Source: Marsupella aquatica
Taxonomy: Eukaryota; Plantae; Marchantiophyta
DNA length: 64,000 nucleotides
Reading direction: 5' to 3'
Assembly (NCBI GenBank): GCA_973895155.1
Contig: OZ316896.1
Span: 17,534,754 to 17,598,753, forward strand
A program made the translations under genes and the position numbers. The notes below the pieces were generated by a model. It worked only from the letters and a program-made list of their open reading frames with translations. It was not told the origin of the DNA and did not search any database. Each line of letters begins with the position of its first letter. Position 1 is the stretch's first letter. Below are positions 1 through 12,680 of this stretch, piece by piece.

Positions 1-306
1 CGGGGAATTGCAGGTCTACACACCAGTCAATGCTTAGTCTTGCACTGCTACATGGAAAGATGATTTCTCTCTTTTTCCCTCCCCTTTTTAATCTTTAGTT
101 CCCTCCCCAGTTCCCTCCCCACACTTTTTGGCACCCTTGCCCAACCTTTGATGTCACCACCCTCTTCTCTTGCTCACCACATGCTTGATTGGGCCTCAAG
201 GAGGGCACTTCAAGGAGGGAGGAGGCACAGATGTGAGCCAATGCGTGCAAGGTATTGTTGTAACCATATATGGTATTACAGCAAAAAATGTAATTTTGGG
301 CGCCAC

Positions 307-337
307 CACTAGTGGAAAATAGTGTCCTTAATGACTA
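307..337 (+). repeat. Left terminal inverted repeat of the CACTA element
   Basis: cactagtggaaaatagtgtccttaatgacta matches the reverse complement of 17636-17666 at 25 of 31 positions. Confidence 0.9.
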
Positions 338-660
338 GAATGAGGACTGAAAAACGAGTCATATGTACCAATATATGACTAGAGTTTTTCTGTCATACCT
401 GCCTCGTCTTTTAGGACAGTCAATTATATAAGACAAATGACTAAAACTCTCACCAGTCATTTATGGTAGTCCTAAATGACATAATATTTCTGAAATGACA
501 TGTTGTCCTAAATGACTGAATGAACGGCCGTCAGTCATTTAGGCATGTCTTTAATGACACATATTTAAACAAATCATATTACAACATGTGGCAACTACGC
601 ACGGTTGTCATTATATGTCATTTCAGACATGTCATAAATGACACAATAATAAATCATTTA

Positions 661-930
661 AGGTGTCATTTAGTGTGTCATTGAAGGTGTCGTACATGGT
701 GTCATTAAAAATGTCATACAAGGTGTCATACAAGGTGTCATTGAAGGTGTCATACAGGGTGTCATTGAGGATGTCATACATAGTGTCATACATGGTATCA
801 TTGAGGGTGTCATTGAGGGTGTCATACATGGTGTCATTGAGGGTGTCATATATGGTGTCATTGAGGGTATCATACATGGTGTCATTGAGGGTATCATACA
901 TGGTGTCATTGAGGATATCATACAGGGTGT
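661..930. repeat. 12-bp subterminal tandem repeat (GGTGTCATTGAG / GGTGTCATACAT variants)
   Basis: About 20 head-to-tail 12-mers sharing GTGTCAT. They explain the low-complexity ORFs at 632-1072, 663-974 and 670-921. Confidence 0.9.
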
Positions 931-1039
931 TTTTAAGTAATGTCATTTGGGATGTATCTAAGAAGAGCTCATAGTTATATTCAAAATCACATACAATGAA
1001 TCCACTTAAAACCCTAAACAAAGACATCACTTTGTGCAT

Positions 1040-1184
1040 CATCATTGTATTCAGAAATTCACACTCCAACATTCACAAGCTCTAATATAGAATAATTGAA
1101 AAAATAGAAGTCATCATTGTATTCAGAAATTCACATTCCAACATTCACAAGCTCTAGTATAGAATAATTGAAAAAACAGAAGTC
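1040..1184. repeat. ~72-bp direct duplication downstream of the TnpA-like gene
   Basis: catcattgtattcagaaattcaca...aattgaaaaaa(t/c)agaagtc occurs twice in tandem. Confidence 0.85.
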
Positions 1185-1271
1185 TTTATGATGAAGTGAT
1201 AGAAAGTAGATAGAAACAATGGTAACCAAAATATTCAAAAATTCTCTGTTCTACATGATCAGAGAAAATGT

Positions 1272-4260
1272 TCAACACTTCCGAAGAAACCTAGCATTCC
1301 ACAATGTATTCATTCCTAACACATTCCGTAAGTAGAGTTGTTTCTCTTCTTTGTTGGGCATTGGCAATGCTGCATCACCACAATACACTGCCTTAACTAA
1401 TACTCGTACCCAAGGACTCTCAATCATGACACAATGAAATTTATCCTCTCCTGGTAACCTTGTCACTTCACCTCTAGCAAGAACTGTAGAGTGATCCACA
1501 ACACTTTGTACTTCTACAGCATCTCCTTTTGAAAACTGCCACACAAAATTGTTAGGACAAATACTGTCTTGTAGTACTGATTTGGGCATATCATCAATTT
1601 AAGAACATAAGCCAACTGAAAACAAATTCACCTTTGCTGCTGGATTTGGGGAGAGAACTGGTCCTCGTTCACTAGGTGAGATAGTGATAGGGGTTGATTT
1701 CTTGAATCTCTTTGAAGGCCTAGGTGGTGTAGACTCTTGTTCCTGAATTGCATTTGACACTATCTGTTCATCTATGACAGCAATCTCATCACTATCACCA
1801 TTACCAATGCTGCTTTGTACAACGTAAGGTTCCTGCAGTGCTCCCAAATTTGCTTCTCCCATACTTGGCTTTGGCTTCTGCCTTGTTAAAGTATCTGATT
1901 TCTCTCGCTGTGATACAGGATTCTTCCCTGAAGAAGCTACCACAAAACCAAACAATGAATGCTTAGAAAACTTCATTCTAAATTGAAAAATAAACTATTG
2001 CATATGTAACATGTTTAGAGTATAAGTTTGTATGTTCTTACCATCACCATCACCTGAGAAAGTAAGAGAACGTTTCTTGCTACTACCTTTAGGCTGAACC
2101 ACCACCTTAGTAGCAATTGCATTTGATAATTGCATATGGAACTAATTCTGTTGATTTTGTGCAATGAAAGAAGTCATCATAGATGTCAAATTGTCCACTT
2201 TGAATTCAAGCTTGGTTAAATTCTCCACAGACTGTTCAAGCTTGAGTAATCGAGCTGGTTCCTCAATTGTAGTTTCCCTGGACAGTGGAGTCTACATACA
2301 CAAACACACCATACAATGTCAATCATCAATGATAATTTGAACATCATGGATAACTGATAATCAAAATTAAATATATACACAGGTTTTCATTACATACCGC
2401 TGATCCATGTGCAGATCCAATTCCAACAAAACTACTGCCTTGATGTTCACCACTGGCCATAGATGGACTGATCTGCACTGGGGGGGACTGGACTACTAGA
2501 CACAAGTTTTGATATAACAGGGCTCGTCATTCCTTTTGCTTTCTGGAAACACATAATCACATTCAAAGCAATTGGAATATTAATGAAAACTCATCATGTC
2601 ATTGTTTATTCCTATACTAGATAAACACTTCAATTCAAATGACAGTCTAGACCTGCAATGAGATGGACCATCTGAAGATTCTTACCAATATTTTTTCTGC
2701 TCCAGCAGCCCCTCCTCTTCCAAAATGTTCTTTGTTCACCACTTCTGCCCTCCTTGCTTTCATCACAACACTCCTTGCAAGCAAAGCAGGACTATCAAAA
2801 TGATCCACCAGTCGTGCCCATTTCAATGGGTCAACATATTGAGGTCCTGGTTTGGAGCGATCACGGTTTACATACATCCTTCCAATAAGTATTTAGTTTG
2901 TGACGTTCTCTTTTCAATAACGTCCGACAGTGACTAATAAATTTCTTGTCAGACATTGACTGCTTATCTGGATACTCCCAATCTGCCTTCATCAATTTCT
3001 GCACATCCTCAATTATGTTTGGATCTTGTTTGTTCCAATCAGGTTCTGATACATCAAAAAGCCTCAAGACATTGGCACGTAGCTCCTCCATCCAATATGG
3101 TTTATTAGGATGAGAATCATCAATATCATTGTCATGAATCTGAAAAACACACCACAAATGATAGTCATCAACATTGGGAATGAAACAAACACCCAATTGC
3201 TTCTGAGTACACAAACTGTAGGCCACAAATGTGAAATGTGCAATGAAAATTTTACCATTATCAATTTTCCCTTCTTATTGTCAGCCCTTCTTGCACTACC
3301 GGTTCTCTGGAATTGTTTTTTGGCTTGCCTAGATTCCCTACGTTGCTCTGTTGCAGTCTTTCTTCCCTCTACATACACAATGAGCATCCAATATTGATCA
3401 TCCACAATTGCAAAATGAGGGACAAGAAATATTACAATATAATAGGAGGACGCTATATTGAATTTGACTTACCTGAACCCTGACTGGATGTCACTACTGT
3501 AGAGTGTCCAGATTTCCCAATCGATGTTGATGGAACCACCACTATACACATGCAAACCACTGGAGTTATAAATCCGACATTCATATAGATCAACATTGAA
3601 AAATACATTGAAAATTTCTGAAATTACTTACATTCAAATAGCTGGCCAGTCACAGGGTCTTTGTAACATTGCACTATGCCACTCATGGAAGGTCCAACCT
3701 TTGTAGGGGTTTCTTTTGCATCTGCCAAGCTCTTAGATGGAGGTTGTAGATGTTCCTGTCCAGATCAAGTTAAAACGAATGTTATTAAACATAATCATTA
3801 CCAATGTCTATAGTTTCCTCATAATGTTGGTGAAATGTAATAGGAATCTCACCTTGGATGAATTTTCTGGTTTCTCATCTTCACTATACTCAGCATCAGT
3901 GTCATAATCTGATTCAGAGCCCTCATCACCAGACTCTGCCATACTCACTGAGGCAATTCTTGATAGTCTGGAACTCTGTCTTCTCTGTGTGGTAACCTCA
4001 CTTCTAGGAGTTTGACGTGCACTTGTTTCCTTCTTGTGCCCTATGGTCTGTGTTGCACCCAGTCTACATGAGAGAATATCAATGAATGAATGACAAGTAT
4101 CAAAAACCAACTCATATTGTTGATGAGCAATATTAACACATCTTTGCACATTCAAAACAACATGCAAGATTATACTCACATGAAATTGAAATTTTCTCGA
4201 AATATCTCCCTGAATTTTCTATTGTTGTCTGCTACCTTCTTATTTCGTTCCTCTTCATAT
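1272..4260 (-). pseudogene. TnpA-like (Ptta / Tnp1-En/Spm-type) multi-exon gene of the CACTA element, disrupted
   Basis: Segments at 2647-3138 (WMEELRANVLRLFD...PQYVDPLKWARLVDHFDSP...ARRAEVVNKEHFGRGG) resemble Ptta/Transposase_24. The terminal segment 1272-1589 (VLARGEV...FHCVMIESPWVRVLVKAVYCGDAALPMPN...NTLWN) resembles the C-terminal Tnp1/En/Spm domain. There is a frameshift near 2865 and an in-frame TAA at 1599. The 5' boundary is approximate. Confidence 0.7.
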
Positions 4261-4361
4261 GGAGGTATTCGTTGCATTCACTGCTAGACTATGGCATGCC
4301 ATGTTAGTATGATCCCACTCCCAACTAAATGAAACCGGACTGTACAGTATCTTCAAACCAT

Positions 4362-7300
4362 TCATTTCCTTTTATACTTTCTTTTTCCTTTGTCTGTAGT
4401 ACTTGGTCCAGGCTCCTGTCTAGTTATACAGGCTTCTGCCAACTCTATGTGAAACTTAGCATTGTCATCCATAGTATCATGGAAATCAACTTCCATGTAA
4501 TCACCCAGCACTCTCGTAGACCTGGATTCCTTGTAGAGGATTGTCCTCCATGCAATCCCTTTATCATTTGGGTAAAAAAACACATGTTCTATCTGTCGTG
4601 GCAATACATAGTCCATTTTCTTGGAAGCACCCAGCTCCTTCTGAAAATTTACTTGCCACAATCCAGACGCATCATATCTCATACTTGCAATGGCTTTGGG
4701 AGTCCAAGATGGGTTTGCCCACCTTCCTTTGAAAAGGACCACTTCCTTTATTAGAGGCCCATAGTTCAACACTAAGATGTCTGTCAACACCCACACATAT
4801 TGTACAGATTCATCTACTGTTGCCCCTGACCTAATGACCCGCTTCTCAGTGAATGTCCAAGCCATCCCAGAATCAAAAGTCTTGAACCCAGATGAGTCAC
4901 AATCAATCAAGGAACCTAGTGATGGAATGGTCCTCCAATGGTGCCCATAGGCTCTGCAGGCCCTATACCGCAGTGCCTTCAGACTAGGTGGTACACTATA
5001 TGCTGCCAACACCATTCGTTCAAACTCATTCTCAAAATTATGCCTTCTAATTGTCACTTCAAACCATTCTCTAAAAGAAGGCAACTCATCCAAATCAGAG
5101 GGATAAGGCACAGGATTCCTCCGATTTCCTGGATTCTTCATCCATTCTTTCCAGAAATCTGCTCTGTGCTTGGTAACTGCCTCCTTTTGATCATCATAAA
5201 CCCTGCATGGCAAGAAGGACAGTCACCTCCTAGGCCCACACAATTTCTGCTCAAAACTCAATTTTGTTTAATAATAAACAACAGAGAACTTAACAATATA
5301 AACCATGCTCATACCTATACCATGGTTCCACTAGCTCTTCATTCTCCAGTATGTAATGATGCATAGCTATCATATCATTCCACTCCAAGGTGATTTGTTT
5401 TCCAGCTCCTTCCAAGACAATGCCTGCAACACCAGGATTCTCCTCCAAGTCCCATGTTCTCATTCCTGTCCCCTTAACATCGACATGTATTCAGAAAGGA
5501 ATCCTAAAGATTCATCCAGAAGGTAGCCTTCAGCCATAGAAGCCTCTGGACGTGCCTTGTTTCGAACATAACCCTTCAAGGTCTTTAGATATCTTTCTAT
5601 TGGGTACATCCATCTAATGTTCACTGGACCACAGATGTCTAGTTCCTGAACCAGATGAATCAGCAGATGGGTCATGACATCAAAGAAGCTTGGTGGAAAA
5701 TGAATTTCCATAAGGCAAAGTGTGAATGCATTATCCATCATCATAGAGTCATACTGTGAGGGATCCCAAACCTTGGCACAGATGGTACGCCACACATTGC
5801 TTACTCTAGCTATGGCCAACCGAACACCTTCATCAAGTAATCCCATTGTTGCCAATGGAAGGATTTGTTGCATGAGGTGGTGGAAATTGTGAGATTTCAG
5901 CCCTAATAACTTCTTCTTAACTGTGACACATTTAGCCAGAGAACAGTGGGCCCTTTAAAGGTCAACAATACCTCTAAGAACTTAGTCTTCTCTGTCTTAT
6001 TGAGGCAATATGGGGCTGGAAGCATGATCTTTGAATCCTTTTTTGGATCTGGATTTGGAACCAGCCACAGGTGTTCCCGCACGTCCATGACTTTCATGTC
6101 TTCTCGAACAGAAGGAGTATCCTTTGTCCCCAAAATAGTGTGCACAATGTTGTGTGCAAGATTCTTCTCACAGTGCATGGGATCCAAACAATGGTTGATG
6201 AGAAGTTTCTACATTGGAAGCACAGTTCAGTACAAACTAAGTTAGAATAAGAAATGCTACTCTTTGCTACTTAACATTACACACTGAGGGATTCAGTATG
6301 GGGAACCAGATACTTACACTCCACTACGGTAGCTTGTATAATCCAGTAACCCTCTTCACTCCATTCGCCTTTACTGGAGAATTTTCATCATCCAGTGCAT
6401 TCCCTGGTTTCTCCTCCACATATTCAGTGGCCTCCTCTCCCCAACGTTTCCTATCAGAGCTGGATATTCTACACGGTACGTGCAGCTCGTGCCTCTACCT
6501 CACCATTAAAGTATTTTGCCACTTCCTCTTTGCGGAAATAGTGCTTCTGTGGTAACTAGCAACGATGGCCAGCAAATCGTAACTTGCCCAACTGTTTGAA
6601 CCATGTGCCACACAATTTGGCCCACAAACCACACATCCTTTGTACCCTGCATGTTGTTGGCCAGAGACTAATCCATATGCAGGATAATCATTGATTGTCC
6701 ACAATACTGAAGCCCTTAGCTTGAACTGTTGCTGCAATCCTGGCCTTGGTAGAACATCAAAACAATCTACTCCTTCTGACCATAATGTCTCAAGATCATC
6801 CACAAGTGGAGCCATGTATACATCAAATTGTTCCTCGCTTACAGACACAGGACCTGGAATTAGAAGAGCTAGCATGACAAAGAACTTTTTTGTGGAAAGC
6901 CAAGGAGTGATATTATAATTCAACAGCAAGATTGGCCATGTAGACCAGGCAGTAGAATTATTCCCAAATGGATTTACCCCATCAAGTGCCAATCCCATTC
7001 ACACATTCCTTGGCTCAGCAGCAAAAGCAGGGTCAATCTCTGTGTCCACATGTTTTCATGCCTTTGAATCTACTGGATGTCGAACCATGTTGTCATTGCT
7101 CTTGTTCTCATGATGCCAAGTCATTAGCTTAGATGTACCCTTAGTGGCATACAATCTCTTCAATCGAGGGATTATAGGGAAATATCTCAAGACCTTCACA
7201 GGCTGTAACGAATTCCCTACTAACTTCATCTTTGGCTGATTACACTTGGAATAGTTGTCCAACTCTGTAGTCTCATTTCTAAATAACATACATCCATTCT

Positions 7301-8132
7301 CACAGACTGGGATTCTCTCATAGTCTAAACCCAATTTTCTCAGTAATTATTTTACAGCATATAGGTTCTTAGGGAGAGTGTGCTCTGTTGGCATTCCATG
7401 CTCAATCAATAAAGACAACATGGCATTCACTCCCGTGTTTGAGAACCTATTGTTGTGATAGATGTTTAAAAACAACAACATGAAGGAAACTACATCTGTC
7501 TTACTGCCTGGAAATAAGGGTCTCATGGCTTCTTCTAAAGACCCTTGCAGAGGGATAGGATTCATAGGATGCCTTGCTGTAGGTGTGTCCTCATGACTGG
7601 TCTCAGCAGAGGGTGGATCTGCCACATTCTCATCATTTTGAAACATTGAATCTATATCAAAAGGAGGATCATTGTCCACATATTCGTCAGACTCTTCAGA
7701 AGCTCTTGCCAATGTCTCCTGAAGTAAAACTCGTACTTGCTCTTCAACATCTATTGATGGTTGGCCTGAGTGGATTGCCTCTCAAGACATTCCTGCCCTC
7801 AGTGCCTCTGGACCAGATTTACGGATGTAATTGGATCTCCACTCCTCATCAGAAGAGTCTTCACCCTCTCCTACCCACACTCGACAGGCAGGGTAGCGGC
7901 CATATTTAAGAAGATGTTGTCGACTGGTCTTTCGAGTAGTCTTAACAATCCCTTTGCATTTCATGCAAGAGCAATACATTCTATGATCAGCACTACCAGA
8001 GCAAGCTGTCTGTTCCCGAGCCCATAAGTTATCATCACGTTGTTGTATTTGACATGGATGAGGTAAACTTCTCAGGTTGTCTGCCTCTGTTGTATGTGCA
8101 GTGTTATGTGACCCAGCCTGGCTAGAAGCCAT
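4362..8132 (-). pseudogene. TnpD/Tnp2 CACTA transposase pseudogene (transposase-associated Cys domain, Transposase_21, DUF4218, DUF4216)
   Basis: Collinear fragments: MYCSCMKCKG; GLDYERIPVCENGCMLF...VLRYFPIIPRLKRLY...WH...HPVDSKA; GLALDGVNPF...STWPILLLNYN...LWTINDYPAYG; DPMHCEKN; HFPPSFFDVMTHLLIHL...GPVNIRWMYPIERYLKTLKGYVRNKARPEASMAEGY; and a C-terminal DUF4216-like part. They are joined across in-frame stops (7782, 7347, 7056, ~6999), a frameshift near 6595 and a GT-AG intron at about 6209-6317. Confidence 0.93.
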
Positions 8133-9137
8133 GATTGCAGCGCTACCTAATCAAAAATACAGTTGCACATCTTTCTTCTGTGACATCTTGCAGAGCTCTA
8201 GACAACTCCAAAACCCTTCCATACCATCTTCTAGAGCGTCATGTGAAGCAAATGTGTGCACAAGTGAAGAATAGACATACATTTGAGGTACAGTACTCCA
8301 ACTGAGGTAAAGGCAGCTCCCACTTTGGCCTTCATTGCCAATAGAATAGTACATGCATGCCAACAACAAGTAAACAGATGACATTTTAGCAACTTGATCA
8401 GAAATTATTTACTTGGATACATTACCTAATCTCATTTCATATTGTAAGTGGCAATGGGTATTTGAAGGAGACCTGAATTGTTAAAATCAAAATGACAAAA
8501 GTTTACAAGACCAAATAAAGGCCTACCTCAACCAGATTTAAGGCAAGGGTGTGGGCAGTAGTCAGCAATCTTAGACCCTTCAAAACAGTGAGTACAATAA
8601 CAAACATTAATCATAATGTCCAACAATCCCCTCCTTCATTCTGTGACTTTTGAATTCATTTGTTGAAATGATCCTCTTCATCAAGGCAGTTGGTTTTGGG
8701 CAGGTACTAGAATAGATTCCAGATCACAACATTTCATCATCCCCACACAAACCAGGATACATATGGACAAGGGCCTGAAAGGGTTTCATGTAATGTACAT
8801 AATTAAACATATAGTGTTTTTGTGCAGTAGTAAGAATGAAATACACACTCAGTCTTCAAAATCATCAAAAATGAGAAAGTTCAGAGACCCGGGTTGAAGG
8901 AATTCTTAAGGCTGTGGGTTTAGAAAGGCAGTCTATACTACAAAACATGAGAGACATTAAGTGAAGTTTGCCTTCTTATGGCCAGATCCCTCAACGGGGA
9001 CAACAAAAATTTTAAGACCTTGGGTGGATTTTAGGTCTTGCTCAGGTCAGTGTGATGTTTCTTAGTTTTTTTGTTATGGATCTCCATTCAAGCTCTTCAC
9101 ATGTTTGCCACTGACACTCTTAACAGTCATCATACAA

Positions 9138-9587
9138 TTAGAATTGATATAACTGGTCTTTCTCCACTAAGTGCTGCTCTACTCCAGGGCAAACAGTCTC
9201 AACCCCTGGTCCCAAGACTGGCTCATCATGGTGGAACATTATACAGGCACACCTCCTCTGCAGCCTACTGTGTCCATCCCACTTATATATATCCCCTGGG
9301 CGCACTCGACATTTTGGGCAAAAATCCTCACAACTGTGGATACAGACAGAGTAGCATATATGCTCTGGTTGTACCACTCCATTATCAACTGCCACAATAC
9401 AAAAACCTATGGGCAAGGGTGGAGCATCTAGAGTAATGTGCCGACTGTACGTGTCTCTATGTACAGGCAAAAACTCCCATTGCACAGTAGAACTGGCAAG
9501 GACCAACCTCATTCCACTTAGCTTCACGCGTAGCCTCTCAGCTCTGCCTTCAAGGTCAGCTCCCAAGCTGCTGCGTGTCCTTGGCAT
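9138..9587 (-). CDS. Unknown Cys/His-rich ORF (149 aa from ATG 9587) inside the CACTA element
   Basis: Uninterrupted ORF on the transposase strand, MPRTRSS...EHICYSVCIHSCEDFCPKC...RRCACIMFHH. No family recognised. Confidence 0.35.
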   Translation of the reverse strand: MPRTRSSLGADLEGRAERLRVKLSGMRLVLASSTVQWEFLPVHRDTYSRHITLDAPPLPIGFCIVAVDNGVVQPEHICYSVCIHSCEDFCPKCRVRPGDIYKWDGHSRLQRRCACIMFHHDEPVLGPGVETVCPGVEQHLVEKDQLYQF

Positions 9588-9983
9588 TATTGTGACAAAT
9601 ACAAGAAGCAATAGTTTATCCAACCCAACACTTCAATGAATTTCATGCAACAATTTAACATTTAACTATTTCATACAATCAGATACTTTAGTCCATTAGA
9701 CAGTGTAGTCCAGTTCATACAATCAAACAATTTAGCCCACTTCATACAATCAGACATTTTAGTCCATTTCATACAATCATCCTACTTTAGTCCATTTCAG
9801 TTTAGTCCATTGAATCCAACTTGACACTTCACTCCATTTTCATCCAACCAAAAACTCAGGTGCTCCACTGTACCCCTCTAGTTCATTTTGATGTCCAGTA
9901 TACTTCCATAAGTCCTTAGCCTATTTTAAGTTCAGTATACTTTGTACTATGCAGTACTTTCTATACAACTGAAGGCTTATGAT

Positions 9984-10721
9984 CTATTTGAAATCATGAG
10001 GTGGCACATCAGAACCCTCTAGAATGACATGGCAATTGCAGTACACCATATGCCATGGACCAATATCCCATGGTTCTCTACCCTTCACCCCTCTCTTCAA
10101 GTGTTTGTCTGCCTCTGGTCCCTCATCCCTGCACCACGCACGAGGGCACCTACGACACTAGATAAATTCCCAGATGCCATCCGCATACTCCTTACACACA
10201 TCACAATAATGCCTTGGGCATATCAGAGCAGCAGGATGTGCATCTGAGTTCTCTGCGTACCCCATGAGAGGCAACTCGTTGGCCCTCAGTATGGTCCGCA
10301 GACATCCCACATGATAAAAAGAAAAGCAGTCATCCTGTGCACACTGGACCAGAAGGGGCTCATCTGTAGTGGGCTTTAGGGTTCGGCCAAGTAGTCCACA
10401 AGCAAAGCAACGACCTCGTTTCTGTTGACAGAGGTCACAGAGCCACTCCTTGGCCCAATCATGCCCTCTAGAAATGGCAACGGGTGTGCACTCAGGCCCA
10501 TGGCCATCAGGCTCCTTAGAATCCTGCCCATCAACTAAGTAATGGAAATGACGACTGCAAGGCCCATTGCAGAACAAAACAGTACCTCCCTCATCACATT
10601 CAAAACAACAAGGGGGGTCCATGCGGAGGTGCTCTTTATGGGCAAACTTTGGATCCAGCCAGGCAGCAGCAGTCCATGCCATGCCTGATGTCATGTGTGG
10701 ATCTGCAGAATTACCTTCCAT
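9984..10721 (-). pseudogene. EDM2-like tandem PHD-finger module carried by the CACTA element (one in-frame TAG at 10158-10160)
   Basis: CFECDEGGTVLFCNGPCSRHFH...WLCDLCQQKRGRCFACGLLG...VQCAQDDCFSFYHVGC...ICPRHYCDVC...FI*CRRCPRAW...PWD...MVYCNCH. By recall this follows the Cys/His order and spacing of the Arabidopsis EDM2 PHD cluster, and the similarity continues in frame past the stop. Confidence 0.78.
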
Positions 10722-12513
10722 ATTACAAAGGTGTACTTACATAAGAGATTTGAGTGCAAATGAGGAGATGTCCTGCCCACCTCAGTCTCACGGAGTACAA
10801 GCAATGTCCAAAATAACTTGGCTCTGGTTTATGTGTGCTCTGCACAGACAGCAAAATGTTAAACGCAATCAGTCAAGCAGACTGGGATAAAGTGTTCAGA
10901 GTGAAAGAGAAGTTTATTCAAAAAGGCAAGACTGAGAATATTCAAAGCAGGCTGCAGTCTATTCTACTGCTCAGGACACAAAGGGTAGTTCTAATGCACG
11001 GCGTCCCTTATCGCAGCTCCAATCCACTGATGCGGCTCACTGAATCCCGAACTCCAACTGACGCTTTGCAAAGGGGAAGAAAAGCAAAGGGGAAGCAGCC
11101 GCAAACGCAATAAGCTAAGACAACAATCTCATAGGAGAGAAAACAGGATTGGGAGAGAGGCAGAGCAAACAAGACTCTGTAAAAACTACTTGGTCCTTGG
11201 TGAACCTAGCATTACATGCTGCTCTACAGATTGGTACTGTCTTAAGAAGCTCAAACAATAATGCACAGCACTGTACTCAGAGCAGAGACAAGAACCAAAC
11301 TTCCAAGAAGGGAAAAATGGCCAAGGCATGACAAGACGCAGCTCAGTTAATCGAACTAGCAGCTTGCTTGTACATTAGTTGCTCTATCCTTCTGAACTCA
11401 ACTGAAAAAAAACGCTTCCCGTCCCTGCTAGTGTGGAGCGCAGCTCTACCTTAGTTGCAGCTCTGTCCTTCACTAAAGCTGAAATCCGGTTGATAGCTGA
11501 CTGTGCAATCCGGTTGATAGCTACTGCTGGTACTCGCCAGACAGGCCCTTCACTGAAACTGAAAACAAAATTTGAGACCATCTGGTAGTGTAAGTGAAAA
11601 TGAAAGCATTAAAAAGCAACTGAGTAGTCTCAGGGATTGAGGTGAGGTTTCAGTTTGCTTTGGCGCAGAAAAAAGGAGCAAATGCTGGGCCTAGTCATGG
11701 GGTAAAAAATGTCGTTGCGTATGGCATTTGGAAAGCTAGAAAAACAGACAGAGGGGTCCAAAAGCATTCATGAGCTAAACGAGAGCTCTACACACAATAG
11801 TAGCAACAAATCAATCAAGAAGAACACATTACAACACACATAAGTAATTACAAGTAGTAGGATTTAGCATTGACAAAATACCTGGTATTGACCACTCGCA
11901 GGACAATGTAGTCTCAACCACCAAGCAGGAATAAAATGAAGGCCGCAAAGAAGCAAACTATATGGCAAAAGGAGAAGCCTTACGGCCTCAGTCCAACTCC
12001 TCTGTAGCAAGCTTGCTTGCCTCCTGATGAGCACTACCCAAATCCAAGGTCGCCCTAAACCTCAATTGACTGAGAAAAATGCACATCCACCTTGATCATA
12101 GCTTCAATCCGCTGATGCAGATCACTACAACCCGAACTCCAACTGACACCTTGCGAAGGGGAAGAAAAGCAAAGTGGAAACAAAAGCATAAGCAAAAGGA
12201 AAAGGAAAACAAAAATGGGGATGCAAAGAAAATGGCTAAGACATGACAGAAGAAAAGCAAACGGCCAAGGCATGTTAGGACGCAGCTCAAAGCGAGAACA
12301 CAAGAGGCAAGCAATTGAGAGCAAAGTCAAGAAGGACCAAAAATGATGTAGCTATACACACCAACAACCGGAAACTCACTTTAAGCTGCAGGAACACTCA
12401 CTGCTGTTTGTTGATTGTTGCTGCTGCTATTGCTTCGCGCCCACCCGCTAGTTCGCCCAGGCCTGCAGCGCACCTCAGGAGCAGGAAGTCTCTTCAGAAT
12501 TGCAGGTCCGGGC

Positions 12514-12680
12514 TCGAGCTCAAGTGTCAACAACAGTGGAAAGGGAGCGAGCGAGCAACTCCCTTTAGGGCCCTAATGTGCAACTTGCGAAGCCTCGAGC
12601 TCAAGTGTCAACAACCGTGGAAAGGGAGCGAGCGAGCAACTCCCTTTAGGGCCCTAAACAATGCGCAACTTGCGAAGCCC
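12514..12680. repeat. ~80-bp direct duplication inside the CACTA 5' region
   Basis: ctcgagctcaagtgtcaacaac(a/c)gtggaaagggagcgagcgagcaactccctttagggccctaa occurs twice. Confidence 0.85.

Noticed and set aside
632-1072. Repetitive ORFs (DTLN/DTMY, VSLR/VSYM)
   Set aside because: Translations of the 12-bp subterminal repeat; no evidence of coding.
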